Shown piece after piece: positions 43,016 through 52,713 of a DNA stretch of 53,168 nucleotides. Made by a program: the position numbers and the translations under genes. The notes below the pieces were generated by a model. The model saw only the letters and a program-made list of their open reading frames with translations, was not told the origin of the DNA and did not search any database. Numbering within the stretch: position 1 is the first letter of the stretch; each line of letters begins with the position of its first letter. This DNA is from Pseudobdellovibrionaceae bacterium (lineage in GTDB: Bacteria; Bdellovibrionota; Bdellovibrionia; Bdellovibrionales; Bdellovibrionaceae), in NCBI GenBank assembly GCA_049315665.1, contig JBMOJS010000001.1, positions 1 to 53,168 on the forward strand, in the 5' to 3' direction.

Positions 43016-43321
43016 ATGAAAAGGTTATTTTTTATTTCATTTATAATTTCTCTTCAGTGCCTAGCGGCAGAAACAAAAAAAATTCCAGTTAAGGCCGGAT
43101 ACGAAAAAATGGATATGGAACAATTTAAAGATATAGGTAGGGGTAGTTCTAATTCAAGTTCAAATATGAAGTTTATAAGCAAGTGTAAAAGTAAAAATGG
43201 TAGTGAATATAAAACTGGTGATAAAGAATTTGAATCTTGCTTAAGAGAAGTCGAATTAGATAAATCTTCGGGGCTTAAAAATGGCGCGTCACCTTCAGTC
43301 GGCGTTTCGTTCGGAAAATAA
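43016..43321 (+). CDS. small secreted hypothetical protein
   Basis: 101 aa behind aaggag. Signal MKRLFFISFIISLQCLAA. Confidence 0.45.
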   Translation: MKRLFFISFIISLQCLAAETKKIPVKAGYEKMDMEQFKDIGRGSSNSSSNMKFISKCKSKNGSEYKTGDKEFESCLREVELDKSSGLKNGASPSVGVSFGK

Positions 43322-43521
43322 ATTATTTTATTTGTACATTTGTTTGTTAGCCAATTGCTATGCAAGTTGAATCAAGCTAAATTCTATGTAGTTGACTGCT
43401 GAAAAATAACTAACTCTTACTGAATGTATTTTTTTCAAACATATTTTAAAAATTTAAGCCTTATCTTTATGCATGCTAAAAGATCATAACTAGATTTTGA
43501 GGTTTCGTATTAGAGGTTTTA

Positions 43522-44715
43522 ATGTCGAACAAATCCATATGCGTTCAAATAGTGTCTTTTGTTTTATTTTGCAATTGTGCTTTTGCGGATACCGATAGAT
43601 GCACTTCGCCTACTATAATCAAATCAACTCATCTTACAAACCCAGTTGACAGCAAGAGAAGTTCTTCTATTGAGTTTAAATATCGATATATTAAGGGCGC
43701 TGACAATTATCCAGTTGTTATTAAAATTCCCGGCGGTCCTGGAGGAACAGCGATAAATAATGACCCAAATCCAAGTTTTGATCCCAGAGTAGGTTGGATT
43801 CAAATAGATCCGCGCAACACGGGTTGTAACTCGATAAATCTTCCAATCGAATTCGTAACAACTCAGATTGAAGTTTATGATATTTTACAAATCATCAAAG
43901 ATCTCAAGCTTAATAACTATGTTTTGTTTGGCACCTCCTATGGAACAGTTGTGGCTACTCAATTGGCAGTTGAAGCTGAAAAACAAAAACTTCCTGGCTC
44001 TAGAATGGTTATTTTAGAAGGTGTTCTTGGACGTTCATTTAATGATCTTGAGCAAGAAAAATCTTTCGCATTTTTTTGGAATTTATATAAACAAAAGATT
44101 AGTACGACATTACTTGAAGAGTTGAAAAAAGAATCCCCATTTAGTATTCCATCTGAAGCTTGGGGAAAATACTTTTCGCAAATGCTTTATCTCGGCACCC
44201 ATCCTGAATATGGCGACATTGGCTTAATGACTTTTAAAATGCTTGAAGATCCTAAGACGAGGTCGATCATCTTAGATCAGGTTAAAGCAAAATCAATAGA
44301 TACGGATCACCTATCACAGGTTTTCCAATCAATCAGTTGTTCGGACTTAGTTGAAAACGCAGGCGACGTTGATTTTAAAAATGCGAATATGATTCCTTAC
44401 ATTCCAGCTAACAACGTGTGCAAACATACAAAGCTAAACAAGTATGATTCAGCAAAGTTTCAGATCAGCGCGCCTATTGTATATTTTAATGGTTCAAATG
44501 ATCCCGCTACTCCAATTGCACAAGCCAAATATCACTTCTTGAATCAAAAAAGTAAAACTAAAACTTTTGTCGAAGTTGTAAATGGAGGACATAGTGCTCT
44601 TACAGTGAATCTATCGGACTGCTATAGTCTTATTATGAACTCACTTATTTTAAATACTGTTCCCCTTCGATCTGCAATTAGTACTTGTAAATTAACAACA
44701 AACCTCACTGAGTGA
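43522..44715 (+). CDS. secreted alpha/beta hydrolase (prolyl aminopeptidase-like)
   Basis: Signal peptide. Oxyanion-like GGPGG, nucleophile elbow LFGTSYGT, and C-terminal GGHSA. Confidence 0.65.
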   Translation: MSNKSICVQIVSFVLFCNCAFADTDRCTSPTIIKSTHLTNPVDSKRSSSIEFKYRYIKGADNYPVVIKIPGGPGGTAINNDPNPSFDPRVGWIQIDPRNTGCNSINLPIEFVTTQIEVYDILQIIKDLKLNNYVLFGTSYGTVVATQLAVEAEKQKLPGSRMVILEGVLGRSFNDLEQEKSFAFFWNLYKQKISTTLLEELKKESPFSIPSEAWGKYFSQMLYLGTHPEYGDIGLMTFKMLEDPKTRSIILDQVKAKSIDTDHLSQVFQSISCSDLVENAGDVDFKNANMIPYIPANNVCKHTKLNKYDSAKFQISAPIVYFNGSNDPATPIAQAKYHFLNQKSKTKTFVEVVNGGHSALTVNLSDCYSLIMNSLILNTVPLRSAISTCKLTTNLTE

Positions 44716-44857
44716 GGCTTGACGAGATAGGTGTGCTCTTGAGAGTACAAAATCGGCCTGAGCTATATTGCAAAATTAAAAAATTAATTTTATTATCCGC
44801 TCAAATAAAAAGCTCAACAACTCGTGTTGGCTTCATAACTAACTAAGGAGCAAAATC

Positions 44858-45307
44858 ATGAAAACTAATCTACTGTCTTTGATCATACTTTGTTTACCCG
44901 TCATCACTTTAGCAAAACCGACTCAAAGTCGACTGCTGTGCAATCCGGTGGGTAAAACAGATCAGATTTTAATTGAATATGTAGGCGAAAGTGATGAGCC
45001 TGGCGTTTATCAAGTCATCGCATCAGTTAAAATATTCAAAGGCAAACAACTTGAAAATATGAGTAGTAATGCGCGAGTTGGATATCATTTAGAAGCTAAC
45101 AATAATCGAGACGGCGTAAAGTTAATGTTGGTAGAAGCTGATCTTGGCAGAACAGGTAGTGCCAAAATTGAATTGCCAAATGGCGAAGACGGTTTCATTC
45201 AGAGTAATATTTTTATGACCAGTTTCAATTTTTCGAACCCTACTCCGGTCAAGTGTCTCTTCACGTCACATGCTGGCCCTAGACCGGCGCTTTCAGGAAG
45301 CAACTAA
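44858..45307 (+). CDS. secreted hypothetical protein
   Basis: 149 aa behind aaggag. Signal MKTNLLSLIILCLPVITLA. Confidence 0.5.
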   Translation: MKTNLLSLIILCLPVITLAKPTQSRLLCNPVGKTDQILIEYVGESDEPGVYQVIASVKIFKGKQLENMSSNARVGYHLEANNNRDGVKLMLVEADLGRTGSAKIELPNGEDGFIQSNIFMTSFNFSNPTPVKCLFTSHAGPRPALSGSN

Positions 45308-45309
45308 GC

Positions 45310-46164
45310 ATGACTTCTCAACGAGCTAAATTTGACCAAGACGCCTTGAAGCGATTCGCGGAGGTTCAAAGCTACCGTGTTTTTATTAAGACCATTTTGG
45401 AGTTTCGCTCTGAAAACGGCAGACGCTTTGGGTATTCAGATTTAGCTCGACTTGGAGGACTATCAGCAAGAAGCTTCCCTCGCGATGTTACGCTTGGGAA
45501 GAAGAATTTGACCTTAGCTTCTATTCCTAAATTTGTATTGGGTATGGGGCTGACTGGTGATCTTGCGGATTATTTTCGTCTTCTAGTAGAATTGGAACAT
45601 CGTGATTGCAGAGCGCGAAAAAGCGGTGAAGCTCAATTGAATAAATTGATTTATAATCTACGAAAAAGAATTTTAGATAGAGCTTCGCCGTCTGCTTCAA
45701 AAGAAATAATAAGTAAAAATTTATTTCAATCGCAGTATGTTCCCCTGGTCTATGCGGCGCTTGGCAACGCGACAATTGGCTCGACGTGTTCAGAAATTGA
45801 AAAAAAGACAAGTCTAAATAAAGAAGTAGTGATAAGTACTCTGTCAAAACTATTAGAGTTTGGTGTCGTTGATAAAAAACAATCAAGATATTTTGCAAAT
45901 GAAAATCATCTTAATTTCCCAGGACTTAGTCAGAACGAGATTTTTAGGAATTTTTATATTCATCTTTTAGAAAAAGCTCAGCACAAAGCAAAAACTGATT
46001 TTGCTTCGGATAGCAATCTTCATTTTTGCTCGTCTTTTTCAGTTCAAGAAAAAGAGTTGCCCAAGTTTAAAGATGAATTGAGATCTTTATTGCTACGCTA
46101 TGTGGATTCCGCAGAGGATAGCAACGGGAACAAGGTTGTATCCTTGGCCTGTTCATTATTTTAA
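45310..46164 (+). CDS. TIGR02147-family protein (Bdellovibrio/Fibrobacter-expanded family)
   Basis: YRVFIKTILEFRSENGRRFGYSDLARLGGLSARSFPRDVTLGKKNLTLASIPKFVLGMGL...YFRLLVELEH matches my recollection of the TIGR02147 N-terminal HTH-like pattern. Confidence 0.6.
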   Translation: MTSQRAKFDQDALKRFAEVQSYRVFIKTILEFRSENGRRFGYSDLARLGGLSARSFPRDVTLGKKNLTLASIPKFVLGMGLTGDLADYFRLLVELEHRDCRARKSGEAQLNKLIYNLRKRILDRASPSASKEIISKNLFQSQYVPLVYAALGNATIGSTCSEIEKKTSLNKEVVISTLSKLLEFGVVDKKQSRYFANENHLNFPGLSQNEIFRNFYIHLLEKAQHKAKTDFASDSNLHFCSSFSVQEKELPKFKDELRSLLLRYVDSAEDSNGNKVVSLACSLF

Positions 46165-46192
46165 AGTACACTTTTTGAATTCAATAATTTAG

Positions 46193-46456
46193 CGAAAAAA
46201 TTCAGGCCTACTAAGTCTAATACTCTACACCGGGTGGATGAGGCCTATATGGAGCCATCCTGTTATTACGCAAGCTTCTTTTAATGCGGCTAAGGCCAAA
46301 TGGCTTATGCCCAATGACTTTACTCTGTTGGTATTAGGTGATTCGACAAAAATAAAATCAACTTTAGAGAAAGCTATTGGGCCTGTATCGGATGTTCAGG
46401 TGCTTCCACCTGATTCCGATTGGAATGATGTGAGTAAAGCTGTACTAGGGCACTAG
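46193..46456 (+). pseudogene. possible 3' remnant of a truncated gene
   Basis: Short open frame with no convincing start or RBS. The tail FTLLVLGDSTKIKSTLEKAIGPV resembles C-termini of M16-type peptidases. Weak. Confidence 0.2.
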
Positions 46457-46613
46457 ACTGAAAATGATGAATGCAACTAATATTAGGTTCGTCCGAAAAT
46501 TCAAATAATTTCAATAAATTATAAAATATATTAATAATATCAATATTATTACATTGAAAAATTAATAAAATTAATATAGACTTTTAATGAATCAATAATT
46601 AAGGCGATAAATT

Positions 46614-46997
46614 ATGAATTTTAAATCCAACGGAATAAAAGACTGGGCAGAGCTTACCAAGCTCACCCAGGGGCAAAATTTGGTGATTGAGCGAGTTAGT
46701 CTCCCGGGCATAGGCGTTAGCCTAGAGGGCCAATTTGAACTGCCGCAACTTGCGAAACTGACGCTGGAAGATCAGGTTTTCGTGATGGCGTTTGTCCGGT
46801 CGCATGGGTCGATAAAAGAAATGGAGCAAACCTTTGGCGTGAGCTATCCTACCATCAAAACTCGGCTGACGCGAATTGCGGAAAGTTTAGAGTTCGTCGA
46901 GATAAATCCTCGTCCCCTAAAAAATGACATCTTGGAACGCCTTAAACGAGGAGAGATTTCAGTAACAGAAGCTGTAGCTGCTTTAGAGGAAAAATGA
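46614..46997 (+). CDS. DUF2089-like HTH protein
   Basis: LTLEDQVFVMAFVRSHGSIKEMEQTFGVSYPTIKTRLTRIAESL matches the DUF2089 core. No N-terminal CxxC zinc ribbon. Confidence 0.6.
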   Translation: MNFKSNGIKDWAELTKLTQGQNLVIERVSLPGIGVSLEGQFELPQLAKLTLEDQVFVMAFVRSHGSIKEMEQTFGVSYPTIKTRLTRIAESLEFVEINPRPLKNDILERLKRGEISVTEAVAALEEK

Positions 46998-47257
46998 TTC
47001 CACTTTTTGTTGTTGTACAATTTTCAAATATTGGCTCGCCCCCGCGAGGACGAATATGGATTCCAATTTTCTTGCTATGGCTGATCCTTCTACCTTTTGT
47101 CATCCTATTTTTCCCGATATTTTTAATTGCCTGTGTTTTCACAGGAGTTAACCCAATCGGTGGAACCGTCTCTTGCTTTGAAATTTTTAGTGCCCTGCGA
47201 GGCCTGGAGGTACAAATCCAAAACCCAGATCAGCAGATCTTTATATCAATAAAATAA
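46994..47257 (+). CDS. small membrane protein
   Basis: 87 aa. ATGA overlap with the DUF2089 gene. Two hydrophobic helices. Confidence 0.45.
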   Translation: MIPLFVVVQFSNIGSPPRGRIWIPIFLLWLILLPFVILFFPIFLIACVFTGVNPIGGTVSCFEIFSALRGLEVQIQNPDQQIFISIK

Positions 47258-47286
47258 CAGCCGACTCGCGTTAGTTAGGAGGAATT

Positions 47287-47712
47287 ATGAAAGAAGAACG
47301 TCGCCAAATTTTAGAAATGCTATCAGAGGGCAAAATCAACTCGGAGGAAGCTGAGAGGTTAATCGCCGCATTGGAAAAAAGCAACGGCTCAACCTCAACG
47401 AGTAGCAAACCTTCGACCGCAGCAAAATATCTTCGCATATTGGTCGAAACAGATGAAAAAAATGAAGGAAAAAGTCCAACGAAAGTGAACGTGCGCGTGC
47501 CTCTTCAGCTTCTGCGGGCGGGGATAAGACTTGCTAGTCTTGTACCCGCAAACGCAAAAACACAGGTCAATGAAGCGCTTCGTGAAAATGGAATCGATGT
47601 GGATGTTTCCAAGTTAAGTCCCGAAAATATAGAGGAGCTTATTCAAAACCTAAACGAACTTACCGTTGACGTTGACGACGATGAAAATAAAGTTAGAATT
47701 TTTTGCGAATAG
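47287..47712 (+). CDS. SHOCT-like / LiaX-YvlB N-terminal-like domain protein
   Basis: aggagg RBS. EERRQILEMLSEGKINSEEAERLIAAL motif. Confidence 0.5.
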   Translation: MKEERRQILEMLSEGKINSEEAERLIAALEKSNGSTSTSSKPSTAAKYLRILVETDEKNEGKSPTKVNVRVPLQLLRAGIRLASLVPANAKTQVNEALRENGIDVDVSKLSPENIEELIQNLNELTVDVDDDENKVRIFCE

Positions 47713-47905
47713 AAAGGGACGGATAATTTCAGGGAAGGCGACTTTCTTCAAGCTTTATCTAAACGTCCTGAATTGGGAATTTATAACCCGCTGTTCGCGC
47801 TGAAGAACAGTATTCATTTGCTATTGACCGGGTATTTTTCTTTCGATAGCCTTTTTCTATGAAGAAAATTTTTTCAATTTTGTTTTTTTATTTAGCGTAG
47901 AGTTA

Positions 47906-48295
47906 TTGGCTATGCAGTCTATAAAGTTTCAATCAATTGGTTACGGAAAGTTACTTCACATAGACGGGGAAATTCGATTGCCCTCTGGACAGAAACTAAA
48001 TAAGGCTGCGCCTTCAAAAATAGAGGTTTACGAGAATGAAGGAAAAGGTTGGACGTTAACCGAGAAAGTAAACCTCAACGAATTTTTTGCAATCACTGAG
48101 TTAATTGGTTTCCAAAAACCTATCAGGCTTAAATCTGATAAGTCGGAACTTAAGATTGTGGCAAGCCTTTATCACTGCCCAAGAATGGGCCATGGAATTT
48201 GCGTTATCGACGACTATGAAGGATTAATTCCTCGCTCTAAAACAAAGGTTACTTCAGAAGTACAAATTGTACTCAACGGTAGTAATCCAAAATAA
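47906..48295 (+). CDS. hypothetical protein (its probable signal peptide is separated by a T7 frameshift)
   Basis: The frame is open from 47828. TTG at 47906 or ATG at 47912. The upstream mini-ORF at 47859..47900 encodes MKKIFSILFFYLA in another frame. Confidence 0.45.
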   Translation: MAMQSIKFQSIGYGKLLHIDGEIRLPSGQKLNKAAPSKIEVYENEGKGWTLTEKVNLNEFFAITELIGFQKPIRLKSDKSELKIVASLYHCPRMGHGICVIDDYEGLIPRSKTKVTSEVQIVLNGSNPK

Positions 48296-48427
48296 CATCA
48301 AAAACCCACTCAAGGCAGTTGAAAAATTAATTGTAGTTTTTGGACAATGCCTAATTCACTTAAATTCCTTGAAATGATGCTAGATTCTTTTTTTGCCCTG
48401 AGGTGAATAGTCTGTTATTTACACTAT

Positions 48428-50159
48428 ATGATTGATCCAGTTGTTTCACTCGCCATGGCAATGAATTCCGTTAAAGGCGCATATGCAGTCTTATTGGGCT
48501 CAGGCGTGTCAAGGGCCGCAGGAATTCCAACCGCCTGGGAGATCCTTATTGATCTTTCTAGTAAGCTCGCGGCTGCTTTAGATGAAAGATGCGAACCTGA
48601 TCCTGCGGAATGGTTCAAGTGTAAATTTGGAAGAGAGCCAAACTATTCTCAATTGATAGGTCAGCTGGGAAAAACGTCGACCGAAAGAGGTGGTCTGTTA
48701 AAGCCATATTTTGAGCCAACGTCCGACGACTTGGAAGAGGGGAAAAAACAGCCTACAGTCGCGCATCGAGCAATAGCTTCGTTGGTTCGTCGTGGGTTTT
48801 ATAAAAGTAATACTGACGACAAATTTCGATAGATTGATGGAGCAAGCTTTAACTGAAGAAGCGGTTCAATATCAGGTTATTTCTACTCCCGATGCTGCGG
48901 AAGGAGTTCTACCTATGGTGCATGCTTCATGCACTGTTATTAAGCTGCATGGGGATTATCATGATATTCGAATTAAAAACACAGAGGATGAATTACTCGA
49001 ATACGATCCGAGGATTCAGACTTTGTTGGATCGCGTATTTGATGAGTATGGCTTAGTTATTGGTGGGTGGTCAGGTCAGTGGGATACCGCACTTGTTGCA
49101 AGTCTTAAAAGATGCAAAAGCCATAGATTTATGACGGCTTGGTTGGAAGTCAGTGAACTTTCTCCGTTGGCAAAAGGACTAGCAGACTTGAGAAGAGCAA
49201 CTATAATTCAAGGTTCAGATGCAGATACTTTTTTTTCTGACCTTGAATCTAAAATCAAAAGTTTGGAGCAATTTGACTCGCCGACAGAAATTTCAAGTCA
49301 ACTTGCAGTAGCGACTTTAAAAAGATATTTACGAGATCCAAAACACGTAATTAAGCTGCATGACTTGGTTCAAACTGAAACCAAAAAAGCTATTTCGAAA
49401 GTTAATTCTTTCGATCTCCCAATGAATCTATATGTAACCAAAGAACTTGTGGCCGATAGAATTCAGAAATATGACTCCGCAATTTCGATTTTACTTCCGA
49501 TTGTTATATATGGTTCATACTGGGAAAAAGACAATTTAGATTTGTGGACCCAGGCTATCGCGCGATTAACTGGATTTAATAGTCGCGGTGCAAATGACTC
49601 CCTTTTAGGTCTGCGCCGATATCCGGCCTTTATTCTTTTTCAAGCTGAGGGGATTGCCGCTGTCGCAAAAAAGAATTGGGAATTTTTATTTGAGCTACTG
49701 AAGAGTACACAGATAAATATAGATGGGAAGTCGATGAATGCGACGAAGGCGCTAGCTAGTTATGAAGTTTTTCAAGACGGGGTTACTTCTTTTCTGCCAA
49801 TTACTGGGCCGGCCATTGTTGCGGTAAGTAGAATAGTGAGGGCAAAGATTAGCGGAGTTTTTGATCAGATTTTGGTTTCGCCGAGGGAGTTTGATCAAGC
49901 GACTGATAGATTTGAGTATATTAATGGACTCGTTTATGCTGACATTTGTGATTGTGGGTATGGTCCAGTCGGGGAATTTATTTTGCGTGAAGCTGCTATA
50001 GGTCATCCCCCAATATTCAAAGAATTAGACAATGAAATAGTGGCCAAGGGAGAAAGACACCCACTGGTTCGTAGTAGAATATTCTCTTCCGTGGATCGAC
50101 TGATTGAGGTCAAAAAAGATTATGATGCTCATGCCTTGAAATTAATGGCACGAAGGTGA
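48428..50159 (+). pseudogene. SIR2-like (SIR2_2 type) NADase-family protein, interrupted by a 1-nt frameshift
   Basis: ORF 48428..48832 carries LLGSGVSRAAGIPTAWEIL. ORF 48792..50159 carries ILTTNFDRL and VIKLHGDY. Removing one T from the TTTT at 48797-48800 joins them as ..VRRGFIKVILTTNFDRL... Confidence 0.75.
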
Positions 50160-50200
50160 TTCAGTTAAAAATGTGAAAGTGGTATCGTTGCCAATCACCA

Positions 50201-50218
50201 ATACCGGAATCCCGGTAT
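50201..50218. terminator. hairpin between convergent genes
   Basis: ataccgg-aatc-ccggtat, a 7-bp perfect stem. No U-tract on either side. Confidence 0.25.
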
Positions 50219-50241
50219 ACCCGGATCCATGAATGAATTTA

Positions 50242-52713
50242 CTAAAACCAGCTTTTCCTTTTAGGGCGAGGCGTACAGGTGCGTGCGTATTTACGATCAC
50301 AATTGCCCCACCAGTCCTGTTCGCAATAAGTGTTCTTTTCCGTCTTCCATGCTTCTGCGTTCATGCAGTCCGGATCGATCACCGGCTGCTCCAAAGGTAA
50401 CTTTTCAGATTGAACTTGTGGCGAAGGTTTTACGGCTGCAACTTTAGTTGGTGAAGTAGAGTTTTCGTAAGTGATTTCATAACCACTTTCCAACAGTGAT
50501 TGGAGGGCTCTGTTGCGAAGTAAAAAATTTCGCCTTTGGCAGATTCTTTGATCGATAGGTAGGCTAAGCAGTTGTTTTGAAAAAACGGGAGAAGCTAAAC
50601 CCTTTGGAAAAACCGAGGGAATATAGCTGTTTATACAGCGCTCAAGGCCTAAATTTGCATCCCAAGCGGGTGTTGACAACAGAGACAGACAGATCATTGT
50701 TTTTGCATAGCGATGTGGTGATTCCAATGAATTTTCATTGAAAGCTATAATATTTTTATCTAAGTTAACTAGACTACGTTGAATTTGCTCGGCAAAAACT
50801 TCAGTAAAAACTTTCAATGATCGCAAGGAAATTTGTTGAGAGTTTTTACTATCAATTAAAATTTCTTGCAGACTTGAACTTCCAGAAAAATCTTGCAGAT
50901 ATTTTAAAATGTCCTGCGCGACAAGTAGCCTTAGAGCCTCTGGCGTTCCTTTGTGAAACTCGGATAGAACTTTTTCTTCGATAAGCAAACGCACCAAAAA
51001 TTCAATTCTGTTTTTGAACAAATTGCTGCTCTTGTTTAGCATGGCTGCAAGTGCAATGTCTTTCAGAATGATCTGTGGATCTGCATCTTTATCAAGGACT
51101 GCATCGATGCTATTGAGGATTGTTGTTAGGCGGTCCTCGGAGTCTTTCTGTAATCTTGAAAGAGCCTTTGATTTTTCTTTAGTGGGCTTTGTATCACGAA
51201 GAAAATTAAGCAATGCTTTGATCGAATGCGAAGGGGAAAGACCCTTTTGTCTTCCAACAAGCGATCTTGGTCGGGCCTCTGCAAAAATAAGCAGTGGGTC
51301 TTCTGTAATCTTCAAACTTTTTTCTAACTCTAATTTTTCTAGGCCTTCTTGGTACCAAAGAATAAATTGCTCGCGAGTGATATTGAGGTCTGGTCTAAAA
51401 TCAGTTACATCTACAAATGGATTAAATTGGTCGAAGGTTTTGTAAACTCCACTACTTATTGTTGGAATGCGTGACTGCTCGATACCGATTAAATAATAAC
51501 TAGCAATTGTAGCATCGCCGCGAAACTGCACTAACGGATTAGTGGTGCCTTCGCCATTTGATGTATAAACACTAGTGTATATAAGTTTAACAATCTTACT
51601 TACAACATCCTTCTGAACAATCCACTGTGATTGGGGTGTGGTAGAGAGGCGAAATTGGGGATCTGCATCTGCGATTGTTCCTAGAGTAAAATCATTGGTG
51701 GTTTTTAACACCTGTTCACTATTGTAAATCTGTTTTCTATCATTGGCGATGGCCACACTAGCCGGTTCAGCACCGGCGCGAACTTTTTCTAACCACGAGG
51801 TCAGATTAGGGAGCTCTCTTTCGATAAGTCGCATACTAGACCAAACAGGATCTGTTTTTTGATTTTGAGTTAAAGCTTTAGCCACAAGATTGACTGAATC
51901 AATCGCATCTTTCGCTGCACAGTATTGATTGGACATCATCTCTAAGGCGCATGTTAACGCGCTAGACTCTAGAGCCTGTGTCAGTTTACTGATAGGTACT
52001 TGTTGAGATTTCTTATAAAAATAATCAATAACGCTAGCAAATAATGAAATCCCTGATCCTGCGGCCACTGAAGTGCCACCAGAATAAACACCAAGCACCA
52101 CGGAACTGCCAATCGCATTTCCAAAGGCTGCAACCTGCTGGATCAGATTTGGATTCTTGGACCAACATGCTTCATTGGCGGCAATTTGATTTAATACGCC
52201 TCGAGTGGAAAACATAACATTTTGCCACATTTCATTACGCCTCTCTCTGCGTCCATTATTTATATCCGCTTCCATCTGCCCCTGGCGAAGGGCAAGATCT
52301 AATTTTACGTTTCTAAGCTCACTTGATAGTGCAGATATTTCAGAGGATGAGGCGGCAATCGACAGAAGGTAGGTCAATTCTTTCTTTTTATTTTCAAGCG
52401 CAAGAGACTCCCTTTCACTGTCCGTGTATTCTTTTTCTGAATAAGTCACTGAGTTAGCGATCATCTGTAATGTGTCGACCGCCGAAACTGCACTTTTACA
52501 GTCTGGATCTTGTTGTAAGGATTTGAGGGTATTGACCAACGACATTGTGGTTAAATAAGACCCTTGAGTGCGCAAACCATTTACACTGCAGCCCGTTCCA
52601 AAAAATGACATGAGTGCATTGATTTGTTGCTCCTCAGCCGAGAAACTCATTGGAAAATAAAAAAGTATTGAAAAGAAAACAGCAAGTTTTCTAAAATTTA
52701 AAGAGTTTCGCAT
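50242..52713 (-). CDS. large secreted hypothetical protein
   Basis: 823 aa. Signal (LAVFFSILFYFPMSFSA). Mostly helical with a Cys-rich, basic C-terminal ~50 aa. No family recognised. Confidence 0.6.
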   Translation of the reverse strand: MRNSLNFRKLAVFFSILFYFPMSFSAEEQQINALMSFFGTGCSVNGLRTQGSYLTTMSLVNTLKSLQQDPDCKSAVSAVDTLQMIANSVTYSEKEYTDSERESLALENKKKELTYLLSIAASSSEISALSSELRNVKLDLALRQGQMEADINNGRRERRNEMWQNVMFSTRGVLNQIAANEACWSKNPNLIQQVAAFGNAIGSSVVLGVYSGGTSVAAGSGISLFASVIDYFYKKSQQVPISKLTQALESSALTCALEMMSNQYCAAKDAIDSVNLVAKALTQNQKTDPVWSSMRLIERELPNLTSWLEKVRAGAEPASVAIANDRKQIYNSEQVLKTTNDFTLGTIADADPQFRLSTTPQSQWIVQKDVVSKIVKLIYTSVYTSNGEGTTNPLVQFRGDATIASYYLIGIEQSRIPTISSGVYKTFDQFNPFVDVTDFRPDLNITREQFILWYQEGLEKLELEKSLKITEDPLLIFAEARPRSLVGRQKGLSPSHSIKALLNFLRDTKPTKEKSKALSRLQKDSEDRLTTILNSIDAVLDKDADPQIILKDIALAAMLNKSSNLFKNRIEFLVRLLIEEKVLSEFHKGTPEALRLLVAQDILKYLQDFSGSSSLQEILIDSKNSQQISLRSLKVFTEVFAEQIQRSLVNLDKNIIAFNENSLESPHRYAKTMICLSLLSTPAWDANLGLERCINSYIPSVFPKGLASPVFSKQLLSLPIDQRICQRRNFLLRNRALQSLLESGYEITYENSTSPTKVAAVKPSPQVQSEKLPLEQPVIDPDCMNAEAWKTEKNTYCEQDWWGNCDRKYARTCTPRPKRKSWF

